A DNA stretch of 64,000 bases from Octopus bimaculoides (taxonomy: Eukaryota). This document shows, one piece after another, positions 25,520 to 36,745 of the stretch (the stretch's first letter is position 1; each line of letters starts with the position of its first letter). Both the position numbers and the translations under genes were made by a program. The notes under the pieces were generated by a model. That model was not told where the DNA came from and did not search any database. It saw only the letters and a program-made list of their open reading frames with translations. The stretch is taken from positions 54,224,809-54,288,808 of the forward strand of contig NC_068991.1 in the NCBI RefSeq assembly GCF_001194135.2. Direction: 5' to 3'.

Positions 25520-26450
25520 ATAATGACGGGAGCTAGGCTAGAAGTTTGAGAAAACACTCGAAGCGCTAGGATAGTTTAGGAGGAAGTTTCAAACAGATCA
25601 ACGTGCGCGACTTATCATCACTCGAATCAGAGATGGTTTTCAGGTAGATGGAATTGTTTATAATGTCAACAAGAAACTTTCAGGAAGACCGCGGACATCG
25701 AAGAGTCCCACAAAGGAAGAAAGGGTATTAGAAACGTATTGCCAGAATTCAAGAAAATTTACGCAGCAAATGATTCTTGAGACAGAGATTTTAAAATTAA
25801 GAGTATATTGCAATTTGAAATACTGCCATTGAAAAAGTTACATTCCAAGAATTGTTTGTACTTCAAATGAAAATAATCGGGAACGAAGAGTGTAGTTTTG
25901 CGAGTGGCACTTGGCAGAATGTGCACAATTGCGCCTATTGAGGACCTGAGAATCCACATGTTACTAAGGAATATCTTGTTAATTTACCAGAAGTTAAAGT
26001 ATGGTGCAGCTTATAGTCAAAAGGATTAATTGGACTATAAATTTTTGACTGTACTTTGACTGGTTCTATTTACTTGAACTCGCCGAGCACCAGGGAGGGC
26101 TTTAGAGATGTGGATTTTTATTTCCAACAAGATGAGCGTCCTAACACTTCCACAGTAATGTAAGGGCTTACTTCGTTGAGAAAAATGCTTCCCCTGGACG
26201 AGGAGGTTAATTAGAATATTCTCTGAATTCACCAGACATCATACTACTAGACATTTTTATGGAAATACATAAAAGACAAAATTTACAAAACACAACCGGT
26301 GACAGCCGTCAAATTGATGGCCGCCATTGAAAGAAAATACTCACAAATACGGAAAGAAATGTTTCTTGATGTTTGCGATTCCACTACTTAGCTTCATCAG
26401 TTGTGCCTAGACCAGAATGGTCACCAATTTGAAAGGAAGCATTTATAAAA
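25520..26450 (+). pseudogene. Tc1/mariner transposase relic
   Basis: FRRKFQTD...GIVYNVNKKLSGRPRTSKS near the 5' end and LMAAIE...VCDS...LCLDQNGHQFE at the 3' end. Confidence 0.6.
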
Positions 26451-26533
26451 TAGTATAATTCTTCTGTGTAGATTCTATTAAATTTTGAAAATGAAATGTA
26501 TTTTAATAAATACTGACTTTATAATCCATTTAC

Positions 26534-26735
26534 GGCGGCGAGCTGGCAGAATCGTTAGCACGTCGAGCGAAATGCTTAGCGGTATTTCGTCTGCTGTTAC
26601 GTTCTAAGTTCAAATTCCGCCGAGGTCGATTAAATAAGTACCAGTTACGCACTGAGGTCGATGTAATCAACTTAATCCTTTTGTCTGTCCTTGTTTGTCC
26701 CCTCTATGTTTAGCCCCTATAGGCAATAAAGAAAT
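26534..26735 (+). mobile_element. SINE family C
   Basis: Family C consensus with tail variant cttaatccttttgtctgtccttg. Confidence 0.8.
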
Positions 26736-26985
26736 AAATATGTGTATTCATTTTTGGGAGGACGCCCTATGTATACATATATACTTAGCATTATAGTAGA
26801 TTCACCATCTTAAATACCTCCAGTCAGACACAAATAACTTTGTAACTGAAACTAATTCAAGGATGATCAGTACAGCATTTGTTGTACCTTAATTCGATGT
26901 AAATCAGAAAAATTACAATTGGTATATCGTAATCATTATAAAGTAATTACAGGAAACGTTATGTAACTAATATTAGCTCGTGTGA

Positions 26986-27220
26986 AGGCGGCGAGCTGAC
27001 AGAATCGTTAATGCGGGGGTGGGGTGGGGGGTGGAGGGAAAATGCTTAACGGCATTTTGTCCGCCTTTACATTCTGAGTTCAAATGCCACCGGGGTCGAC
27101 TTTGCCCTTCATCCTCTCGGAGTCATTAATATATATAGTACCAGTTGAACACTGGGGTCGATGTAATCGACTTATCCCCTCCTCTGAAACTGCTGGCCTT
27201 GTGCCAAAATTTGAAACCAA
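26986..27220 (+). mobile_element. SINE family C
   Basis: Family C consensus with tail ggccttgtgccaaaatttgaaacc. Confidence 0.8.
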
Positions 27221-27818
27221 TATTAGCTCGTTTGTTATTGTCGTTTAATACCAATTCATACCTGATCGTGAAAACCTAGAATCAAAAGCGTTTCATTTGT
27301 GATCAAGCCGTCTTTAGGATTTTAGGTATAAATGCATCAAGGAGTACATTATCGAAAATGCACTTATAAGTACTTATTATTTACTTCTCAATTTTTAAAA
27401 TTTTTGAATGTATCAAAAGATAAAGTATTGTTTATTTAAGAGGATAAAATGCGATGAAAGAATATTAGATATTAAATAAAAGTGTAAATGTAAAAGGTCA
27501 ATCTGTTTCAGGCCTCAAGACTCGGATTAACAAGAAGAGTAAAACAAGAGTGAAAATGTGATAGATCAGTGAATTTCGTTTAAAAAAGAAAGAGATGAGG
27601 TATAAACCAAGAAAGAACAGAAATAGAGAAAGAAGCGAATGATATTTAGAAGGGAAAGTATTTAAGATTCAAGTAGTTTAAAAACTATGAGAATATATTA
27701 AGAGTGTCCAGTGTTTTCATTCATTACTGAACGGACATACCTGAAACAGGAGCCGTGTGGAACTATTTCTAGTGTATTCTCTATTCTATTATTCCGAATT
27801 ACAAGGAAGGATATTAAA

Positions 27819-28079
27819 ATGTTGACTGATACAAACAGGATAAAATACGCGGGCACTGGTTATGAAGATGAAGTAGAACCAGACAAAAGGGATCATATGA
27901 TTATGAAATATAAATATTTGGCATTTAAAATGGTTATGATTTCAATTTATGTTTCTCTGATACTTGGTACTGCCGTCTTTTTAATGGCTTATATATTTTT
28001 GTGGCATCCTATCAGGGGTAATTACAGTTCCCATCATATCTACATCGATCATCAGAAACCTCTTTACCATTCGGAATGA
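27819..28079 (+). CDS. inaF: InaF-motif microprotein, copy 2 (86 aa; one Tyr of the YY pair deleted)
   Basis: First in-frame ATG (aaaATG) inside track ORF 27711-28079. Protein MLTDTNRIKY...DKRDHMIMKYKYLAFKMVMISIYVSLILGTAVFLMAYIFLWHPIRGNYSSHHIYIDHQKPLYHSE, with one hydrophobic segment. Confidence 0.8.
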   Translation: MLTDTNRIKYAGTGYEDEVEPDKRDHMIMKYKYLAFKMVMISIYVSLILGTAVFLMAYIFLWHPIRGNYSSHHIYIDHQKPLYHSE

Positions 28080-28088
28080 AGCATTTCA

Positions 28089-28097
28089 GAGGTAATA
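28089..28097 (+). promoter_or_regulatory. Candidate 5' splice donor GAG|GTAATA, 12 nt after the stop of InaF copy 2
   Basis: Exon would end at 28091. The identical site is conserved after copy 3. Confidence 0.55.
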
Positions 28098-28496
28098 CAA
28101 TTATTTATCTGCTTTTACTGTTGTAGAGTGTCCCAGCATCTGTTATGTGAAATTGTTAAGAATGTTTATGCTTTGGTAAAGAGAAGGGTGCTCTAAATTA
28201 TGACTTCAGATCAAGTTGATTATAATCAACCATATATGACTTAGAGGTGATTGATCTCGTGTTTTCGAGGACAGTGGCAATATTCAAATTTCTTCTTTGA
28301 GCTAGTTGCTGGTTCAAACTTAACATCCTTGATGGCATTTGCTTTCAAACGAACATGTACAACTGTTTTTACAATACCTGTATCGCTATAAGGTACTGAG
28401 TTTATAATATCACCGTATATACTTAAACAGTTTACTTTAGAGATGAATTAAACAATTTTTGAACATAAAATAATCAGATCAAATATCAGCGTATAT

Positions 28497-28762
28497 GTGG
28501 AAACGCGTGGCTTAGTGGTTAGGGTGTCAGCATCATGATCGTAAGATTGTGGTTTCGATTCCTGGACCGGGCGACGCGTTGTGTTCTTGAGCAAAACATT
28601 TCATTTCACGTTGCTCCAGTTCCACTCAGCTGGCAAAAATGAGTAATCCTGCGATGGACTGGCGCCCCGTCCAGCTGGGGAACACATACGCCATTGAAAC
28701 CGGGAAACCGGGTCCATGAGCCTGGCTAGGCTTTAAAAGGGCGCATTTATCATATTATTATT
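28497..28762 (+). mobile_element. tRNA-derived SINE, family D
   Basis: A and B boxes (TGGCTTAGTGG; GTTTCGATTCC). 13-bp TSD tatcagcgtatat at 28484-28496 and 28763-28775. A degraded relative lies near 61445-61640. Confidence 0.85.
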
Positions 28763-29326
28763 TATCAGCGTATATATAATATTATACACATGGATATTAA
28801 TGACTTCACCTTAAAATCACTGAAGACTTCAAAAAGAACCAAAAGTTGACAACTTAATGCATTAAACAATTATGTAAATTGTGTGTATGTGTGTGGGGAG
28901 AGGTATTTACAAATTTATGATACACATACAAATATCAATCAATGTTAGCTGATTTGGAAACATTCATAACTCATTTATTCCACACATATAAATCTGCACA
29001 AAATACGTACAACTCAATCTAAACTAAACTACACCTAATCTAAACTAAAACCAGATTTTGTCTGTCTAAATCCATTGATGATTGTAAAGGTTTTGTACAG
29101 ACATGGTTGTTTTATGAGCTGTAAGCTAAATGTTTGCTTGAAAGTTGCCCCTTTTGGAATGCTATTCCAAGACATCAGTTGTCAGGTGTACTCACTCCAT
29201 ATTTCACATTTTGTGATGGGGTATCTTCAGTCTCAACTGGTCAATATTGGCGCCATCTGTGCATGATTCATTAAAGTTCAGCCTGCAGACAAACTACACG
29301 ACAATCTCCCTTACTCGTAATATATT

Positions 29327-29520
29327 GATTTCAAATTTTGGCAAAAGGCCAGCAATTTTGGGGAAAGGGGTAAATCGATTATTTCGACCCCATCGCTCGA
29401 CTCCGAAAGAGTGAATGATAAAATTGACTTCTGCGGAATTTGAACTCAGAACGTAAAGACGGACGAAAAGCTGCTATGTATTTTGCCCGGCGTGCTAACG
29501 ATACTGCCCGCTCGCCACCT
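29327..29520 (-). mobile_element. SINE family C
   Basis: Family C consensus. Confidence 0.8.
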
Positions 29521-30329
29521 TTCTTAGTTCTAATATGACATGGAATGTTAGCAACTGTGAAAATTCTTTGATAAGATTTGGACATTTGTTGTTTATCCTC
29601 ACAGTGCATCGCTTTACTTTAAACTTAAAAGTCAAAGGGTTTTCTCATCCATAAACGCATGAAAGAGAGCAATTGCTCTGCATGTTGTATCTCCTAAGCA
29701 GTAGCGTAGCTTGGAGGTTAGGCGAGGGAATGATCCTCCCCGAGCGACGCTTTTATGTAGGTGGTACTTTTGGGTCTATGAGCCCCGGAAAGGGGGCAAA
29801 AATCTAAAGGGCTGCCTCTGATAACACACACTCTAGTAATACCAATGCTCTTAAGCTAACGATTCTGCCAACACGCCGTCTTACATCTAAGAAATATTAA
29901 TCAACAATACGGTATACACTATAGAGGCAGCATTTAATTGAAATAGCCACATGATACATCGGTGGCTACTTTACTTAAATATTGCTTCAATTGAGGATAC
30001 TGGATTATTAATCAGCCATGCAGCTGTTTGCAACATCAGTGATTGTTTTATTCATTTTTCCTTTTATCAGAGACGAGGGATTCTCGCCCGATCATGTAAC
30101 TGGTTGCGAGTACACGCCATTGAAAAAGCGCAAGTTTGCCGAAATGTATGTGGAGTGCTTACTGTCCGCTGCTGGGACAAATTTTCTCCTCTGATACTTG
30201 TGTTTTCAACACAGCATGTTAATAAGAGTTGTTATCTCAAGACATACTGCAGTAACTGGCCTGTCAACGGGGTATATACATTGAGTAGGATGTATATAGA
30301 TGGCTATTTTAATTAATCAACAACTACCT

Positions 30330-30660
30330 CTGGGCAGATGTTTAAGGTAATGTGCCCCTCAGTGTTCCAGGTAGTGTGTCACTCATAGTTGCAGGTAGAG
30401 TATCACTTAGTACTCTACCCTCAATAATAATGAGCGGACAAGCATTGGACAATATGAATTGTTCATTTCCTGTCATTGATTTGCCCAGTGTTCATAATAT
30501 GATATGATGTAGGAGTTGAGAAACCTCTCAGGAGAGAGTACCGGGTTGGGATGGGAAGAAAGTTAATGGCATCCATTTGTGTTCAGATGGAACTATCAAT
30601 TCAAACTTTAGAGTTCGATGAATATTGTTACTTTCCAGCGAAAGACAGGTTCATGTCCTT
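30330..30660 (-). pseudogene. Possible Ty3/gypsy pol relic (region preceding the integrase Zn-binding domain)
   Basis: LIIIEGRVLSDTLPATM...LPGTLRGT weakly resembles G.l...gRv.IP..lr..iL..LH.gH.G. Confidence 0.3.
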
Positions 30661-31959
30661 AGTCTCTATATTTCCCTGAATTAACTTTTTATTGTCTGTT
30701 GGGGTTGAAGTCATACTTTAGCTTTGATATACACTTGTTAACGGTTTAAATATGCTTGAGGCATATTCAAACCAGTAAGAAAATCATTCATTACGTTTTG
30801 TCATGGAAAAGAATTCTCCATGTCAGTTCGGAGCGCCCTCTACTCAGATTAATGGATGCGTGCATTTAGGAGTAGTTATCTCCTCTTCAAGAGCGCTCCG
30901 AACTGATTGGTCCGAACTCGTTTACACCTATTTGGCTACAGTGAGAATTTTTGTCATGACAAAATATAGTGAACAGCTTTCATACGTGTTCGAATATGTC
31001 TGAAACATATTTGAACAAGTAACAAGTCTATATTTGTGCACATCATTGCTTAGCGCTTCTAATCCGTATCTTACCTTTTAATATTATATTAAAAAGTAAA
31101 CTCTAGCATCAGTTTGGAATGAAAATAAAATTTTTCATTTTGACACTTACCATAAACGTCATTAAAATTTACCAAGTTACGTCATAAAACTGCTTCTGTA
31201 TGTTTATTCAAGCCAATTATTTATGTTTACTTGTGATTATTAGGATTCTGCTAAACACACACACACACACACACACNNNNNNNNNNNNNNNNNNNNNNNN
31301 NNNNNNNNNNNNNNNNNNNNNNNNNNNNNNNNNNNNNNNNNNNNNNNNNNNNNNNNNNNNNNNNNNNNNNNNNNNNNNNNNNNNNNNNNNNNNNNNNNNN
31401 NNNNNNNNNNNNNNNNNNNNNNNNNNNNNNNNNNNNNNNNNNNNNNNNNNNNNNNNNNNNNNNNNNNNNNNNNNNNNNNNNNNNNNNNNNNNNNNNNNNN
31501 NNNNNNNNNNNNNNNNNNNNNNNNNNNNNNNNNNNNNNNNNNNNNNNNNNNNNNNNNNNNNNNNNNNNNNNNNNNNNNNNNNNNNNNNNNNNNNNNNNNN
31601 NNNNNNNNNNNNNNNNNNNNNNNNNNNNNNNNNNNNNNNNNNNNNNNNNNNNNNNNNNNNNNNNNNNNNNNNNNNNNNNNNNNNNNNNNNNNNNNNNNNN
31701 NNNNNNNNNNNNNNNNNNNNNNNNNNNNNNNNNNNNNNNNNNNNNNNNNNNNNNNNNNNNNNNNNNNNNNNCTGTAAAAATCTGTAAAACTTTCCAGAAG
31801 TTTATCATTTAAATATATATGAGCATGTCTAGATATGTAACTATATGCATTAGAATACATACATACATACATACATACATACATACATACAAACAAAAAT
31901 ACCCTGTTGTTGATGTTAGAAACCGGTTCTTTCTCTGTTGGCAAGAAATCTTAAAATAA

Positions 31960-32460
31960 ACTGGATAATGACATACATTCATAGAAGAGTTGACTATATC
32001 TCAAAATATGAGTATCGTCCTGTCTGACCATAATTCTGAAGGTATTGAGATCATTGCTAGGCATTGTTTTTTGAGCATGTCTGGTGTTCACAGTAATATT
32101 CATCCATCCTCATCTTTAGAACACGAGAAGTTTCTGCAAGACATCATAGAACTTATTAGTCTAAAGGTATGCAAATTAATTTCTCGTCTTGCTTTTCAAG
32201 AATAAAAGTGTCGTTCATACTGATCCGCTGGAGTTAGGTCAGTAGTAACGATTAATTGCTGCATTGGTTTACCTTACCCAGGTAATGCGTAAACTATTGA
32301 CGTCATTTTTATGAGCATGGAACACCCCATGAATATCAAGAATAATTCCTTTCCTGAGAGTTCGAATATTTGTGTGACGCAGCTGTACCAGCTGCTGCTC
32401 AACCCTCATGGAAGGAATCTGAAGGAACTTTGGCTTTTCACCTGATAGAAGTAGAAAACC
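31960..32460 (-). pseudogene. Highly decayed Tc1/mariner transposase relic
   Basis: Weak resemblance to VFW..G / WPP.SPDLNP blocks. It abuts the 5' edge of cassette B. Confidence 0.3.
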
Positions 32461-32917
32461 AACAAAACAATAAACTTACTCTTGGATGTTAAAAGTCGGC
32501 ATTTGTATGTGTCAAAAGATAAAGTATTGTTTATTTAAGAGGATAAAATGCGATGAAAGAATATTAGATATTAAATAAAAGTGTAAATGTAAAAGGTCAA
32601 TCTGTTTCAGGCCTCAAGACTCGGATTAACAAGAAGAGTAAAACAAGAGTGAAAATGTGATAGATCAGTGAATTTCGTTTAAAAAAGAAAGAGATGAGGT
32701 ATAAACCAAGAAAGAACAGAAATAGAGAAAGAAGCGAATGATATTTAGCGGGGAAAGTATTTAAGATTCAAGTAGTTTAAAAACTATGAGAATATATTAA
32801 GAGTGTCCAGTGTTTTCATTTATTACTGAACGGACATACCTGAAACAGGAGCCGTGTGGAACTATTTCTAGTGTATTCTCTATTCTATTATTCCGAATTA
32901 CAAGGAAGGATATTAAA

Positions 32918-33181
32918 ATGTTGACTGATACAAACAGGATAAAATACGCGGGCACTGGTTATGAAGATGAAGTAGAACCAGACAAAAAGGATCACATGAT
33001 TATGAAATATAAATATTTGGCATTTAAAATGGTTATGATTTCAATTTATGTTTCTCTGATACTTGGTACTGCCGTCTTTTTAATGGCTTATTATATATTT
33101 TTGTGGCATCCTGTCAGGGGTAATTACAGTTCCCATCATATCTACATCGATCATCAGAAACCTCTTTACCATTCGGAATGA
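32918..33181 (+). CDS. inaF: InaF-motif microprotein, copy 3 (87 aa; intact YY)
   Basis: Near-identical to copy 2, with DKKDHMIMK...LMAYYIFLWHPVRGNYSSHH. DKK-x2-M-x2-K-x6-K matches the recalled INAFM2 segment DKKAKMAAKTNKKWVR, followed by the full motif. Confidence 0.82.
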   Translation: MLTDTNRIKYAGTGYEDEVEPDKKDHMIMKYKYLAFKMVMISIYVSLILGTAVFLMAYYIFLWHPVRGNYSSHHIYIDHQKPLYHSE

Positions 33182-33190
33182 AGCATTTCA

Positions 33191-33199
33191 GAGGTAATA
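33191..33199 (+). promoter_or_regulatory. Candidate 5' splice donor GAG|GTAATA, 12 nt after the stop of InaF copy 3
   Basis: Exon would end at 33193. Confidence 0.55.
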
Positions 33200-33622
33200 C
33201 AATTATTTATCTGCTTTTACTGTTGTAGAGTGTCCCAGCATCTGTTATGTGGAATAGATTAAAAAAAACCTACGTTTCAGTACCACATGAAAGATAAGGA
33301 TCTACTAGTAGACAATATATGGAAATGGTTTTAGTGACGCGTTATCCCGAATACTCGGAGAAGTGACAACGATTCTGTTGATGGTTCAATCTGAACATAT
33401 TTCAATCCATTTGCTATCAAATAACGATCCAAATAACGATCTACAATTGTATTTATAAAGGTTTTATTTCTATAATGTATTGCATTAATGAAATCAATGT
33501 AAATCGCTTAACTTTGGGATATTTTAGAAATAATTCAGAAATTATTTAGAGATAATTTTCATATACTTAGAAACCAAGGAAAGAAGTCATAAAATGGAAT
33601 ATCAAACAAAGTTTATGTAATA

Positions 33623-33900
33623 TCTATATATATAAAATTGAGAATGTGTGTGTCTGTCGGTCTACCTGTCTTTATGTATGCATCACTAAAAGTCGAGAAC
33701 TACCCAACCAATTTCATTCAAATTTTACACATGCACTACTTAGGGTCCATAGAGTGTCGTGGGCCAAAACATTTTCAACCTCTTACCTAAGGCGAGCTCA
33801 GAGCAATCGCTTACATTGTTTTGGTATTACGTGTCTAAAGTGAAACAATAACATCTCTAATGTAATGTGAGATAAGTTACACTTTAAATAGTTTCACTAT
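33623..33900 (+). mobile_element. Non-autonomous Helitron-like 5' end
   Basis: A|TCTATATATATAAAATTGAGAATGTGTGTGTCTGTC start, typical of non-autonomous Helitrons. Confidence 0.5.
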
Positions 33901-33911
33901 TAATAGTGAAA

Positions 33912-33970
<59 letters not shown>

Positions 33971-34694
33971 CATGTATATACATGTATATATATATGTATA
34001 TGTATACAGCCAAGCTGTATCGGCCTTTGCCTTTCCCTTGGATAACATCAATGGTGTGGAGAGGGGAAGATGATATGCATGGGCGACTACCGACTTTCCA
34101 CAAACAACCTTGCCCAGACTTGTGCCTCGGAGGGTAACTTTCTAGATGCAATCCCATGGTCATTCATGACCGAAGGGGGTCTCCTCTCTTCTATATGTAT
34201 ACACATGTATATATATGTATATATACATACATATATATATATATATATANNNNNNNNNNNNNNNNNNNNNNNNNNNNNNNNNNNNNNNNNNNNNNNNNNN
34301 NNNNNNNNNNNNNNNNNNNNNNNNNNNNNNNNNNNNNNNNNNNNNNNNNNNNNNNNNNNNNNNNNNNNNNNNNNNNNNNNNNNNNNNNNNNNNNNNNNNN
34401 NNNNNNNNNNNNNNNNNNNNNNNNNNNNNNNNNNNNNNNNNNNNNNNNNNNNNNNNNNNNNNNNNNNNNNNNNNNNNNNNNNNNNNNNNNNNNNNNNNNN
34501 NNNNNNNNNNNNNNNNNNNNNNNNNNNNNNNNNNNNNNNNNNNNNNNNNNNNNNNNNNNNNNNNNNNNNNNNNNNNNNNNNNNNNNNNNNNNNNNNNNNN
34601 NNNNNNNNNNNNNNNNNNNNNNNNNNNNNNNNNNNNNNNNNNNNNNNNNNNNNNNNNNNNNNNNNNNNNNNNNNNNNNNNNNNNNNNNNNNNNG

Positions 34695-35035
34695 TTTTGA
34701 TTTGAAAACACCTACATCCACTTTGTGTAGGTGCCTCAGGGTCTTTGGGAGAATATAAAAAAACGGTGGGCTCCTGAAACTCAGGTTGTTGCAGGAACTG
34801 GTCCTGAAGCGCAACAGCATTGCTGGATCTTTGGCACTGCGCAGTGTCAACCCGTTCTGGCATTGGTGTAGCTTTCTATCCAAAATTTGGCACAATTCCT
34901 TCCAGGATCTTCCAGAGAGTATAGACTTAGCTGTTTCACCCTTTTCCAGTAGCTGAGCTGTTGCAATGAGACGATCTTCTTTGTGAAGCTTCGCTGGATT
35001 GCTTCAAGGTCCGCTGTTAGTTTTACATTCAAACG
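34695..35035 (-). mobile_element. CR1/L2-like LINE 3' fragment
   Basis: DLEAIQRSFTKKIVSLQQLSYWKRVKQLSLYSLE followed by ...LPKTLRHLHKVDVGVFKSK, a CR1-type post-RT region. Confidence 0.75.
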
Positions 35036-36570
35036 GATGAATATCGCACAGCACAAAGAAGGAGTAACTGAAGACGAATGATCATTCACCTCCTCATTAT
35101 TGCATTGTTTCATTGTTGTTCATTTTGCTTCATTGAATTGTTGACTCCTTGATGTAATATTGATAGATTTATCATTTTTGAAATGTGCTTCCATAGGCTT
35201 TATTGGAAATTATGAAAACAACTTCTTGTCTGAATTTTTCAAAAAGTTGTGCCAGGTTTCTAGGTCTTGATACTATAATAGACACGTTTTATATATAATT
35301 TATTTGCTTCTCCTTCACGTACCTTTCATTGTCACTGTGAGATACTGATCTTGGACAATATCTATGGTTGCTACCCTTTTCAAATTATGTTGAATTCTTT
35401 TTTGGGGAAGACATTTTCATGAAACATTCATCAAAATCTTGTCTTTGACATTCGTTTCAGGTAGAGCATACTTCAGTACTTCACTATCAATAATAATAAA
35501 CTAAGCACTGGAAGGTATAAAGAAGGCTCATGGCGGAATATTTCCTCCTAATATATTTAGATCAGACCATAAATTCAAACGTATGATGCAGTTAAATATT
35601 GTCATTTTCCGCAAAAATATTTACTCGTGGTAACCTAAACTAGCCCCACACTCTTACTGGACAGATTATCATTTACTCGGACTTGGCCGTTACTTTTAAG
35701 ATAGTACCAAAAAGTAAACTTTAACCTCAATTTGAAATGAAAAGGAAATTTTTAAAATTTCGTTTCCACAATATGAAAGCCTTTACTAAATTTCAATAAA
35801 AGTGACACAAGTTGTGTTCTGCACTAACATCTGTAATTAAGTCAATTAATCCTCTTTTGGATAATTAGGATCCTAACCATGTTGAGACACACACCTACAC
35901 ACATGCATACATACATGTTATGGTTGCAACTCGATTTTGAGCAATGCCATCGATTGATTGTTCTCTTAAAGCAGCACGGATGTGACTTTTCCGTCCTCTT
36001 AAAGACTGACACTTTTTTCTACAGAAGTTGCAACGATGAGCGTCCCTTGCAACAAGTGTTTAGAGAGCTTACCACCCACGCTGACACATGCCTTCGTTCC
36101 ATCTTATAATTTTTTCTTGAGTGATTTGCTCTTTTTGGCTACGGCGAGGCATAGTATACAGTTCATAATAGAGGCATTAAAATATCAAGCGATGCCTGAA
36201 GCATTTTTAAAGTGAGCCTTGTACAGGGTCAACCCTACTCTCTAAACAACGTATCTATTTGACCACAACCAAGAACTATACATCACTGGATGCTGATGGA
36301 GCCACAGGTATTACATCGGAGTTTTCCTTCTAGAGAGAGATGTCTAAAAAAGACTAGGGATTCTTCACTCCAAGCTATTGGATGCCCACTTACTCTACCG
36401 AGTTCATCTGATTCTTGATTCGTTTTGGTTTTCTTCTTGTAGGGTATCCAACGAAATCCACCCTCTTTACTAAGCAGGCTTGGTAGAGTTTCTGGTTTAG
36501 TCGCTGATGGTTCGGCTGTGCAACACGTACTAGGTTACATGTTGCCAGTAGCACTAAAAGTAACCTTCCA

Positions 36571-36648
<78 letters not shown>

Positions 36649-36745
36649 ACACACAATTCATACATGCATACATACATGCATACGTGCATAAATGCTTCAT
36701 ACATACATACATGCATACACACACACAAACACACACATTGTACAA
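36571..36745 (+). repeat. (CA)n plus degenerate (CATA)n microsatellite
   Basis: Direct reading. Confidence 0.95.

Larger units (their letters stand above)
27403..28149 (+). repeat. ~750-bp duplicated cassette, copy A (contains InaF copy 2)
   Basis: Nearly identical to 32502-33251 (a few substitutions plus a 3-nt indel). Flanks are unrelated. Confidence 0.95.
32502..33251 (+). repeat. ~750-bp duplicated cassette, copy B (contains InaF copy 3)
   Basis: Direct repeat of 27403-28149 at an offset of about 5.1 kb. Confidence 0.95.

Noticed and set aside
27711-27818. N-terminal extension (MFSFITERT...) of InaF copies 2 and 3 from a GTG start
   Set aside because: Non-ATG start in a eukaryote; the in-frame ATG at 27819 (32918 in copy 3) has an aaaATG context and gives a size matching copy 1.
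29245-29262. CTCF-like ggcgccatctgtg
   Set aside because: Its reverse complement encodes the (Q/T)DGA motif of a decayed Tc1/mariner transposase, so it is better explained as a coding relic.
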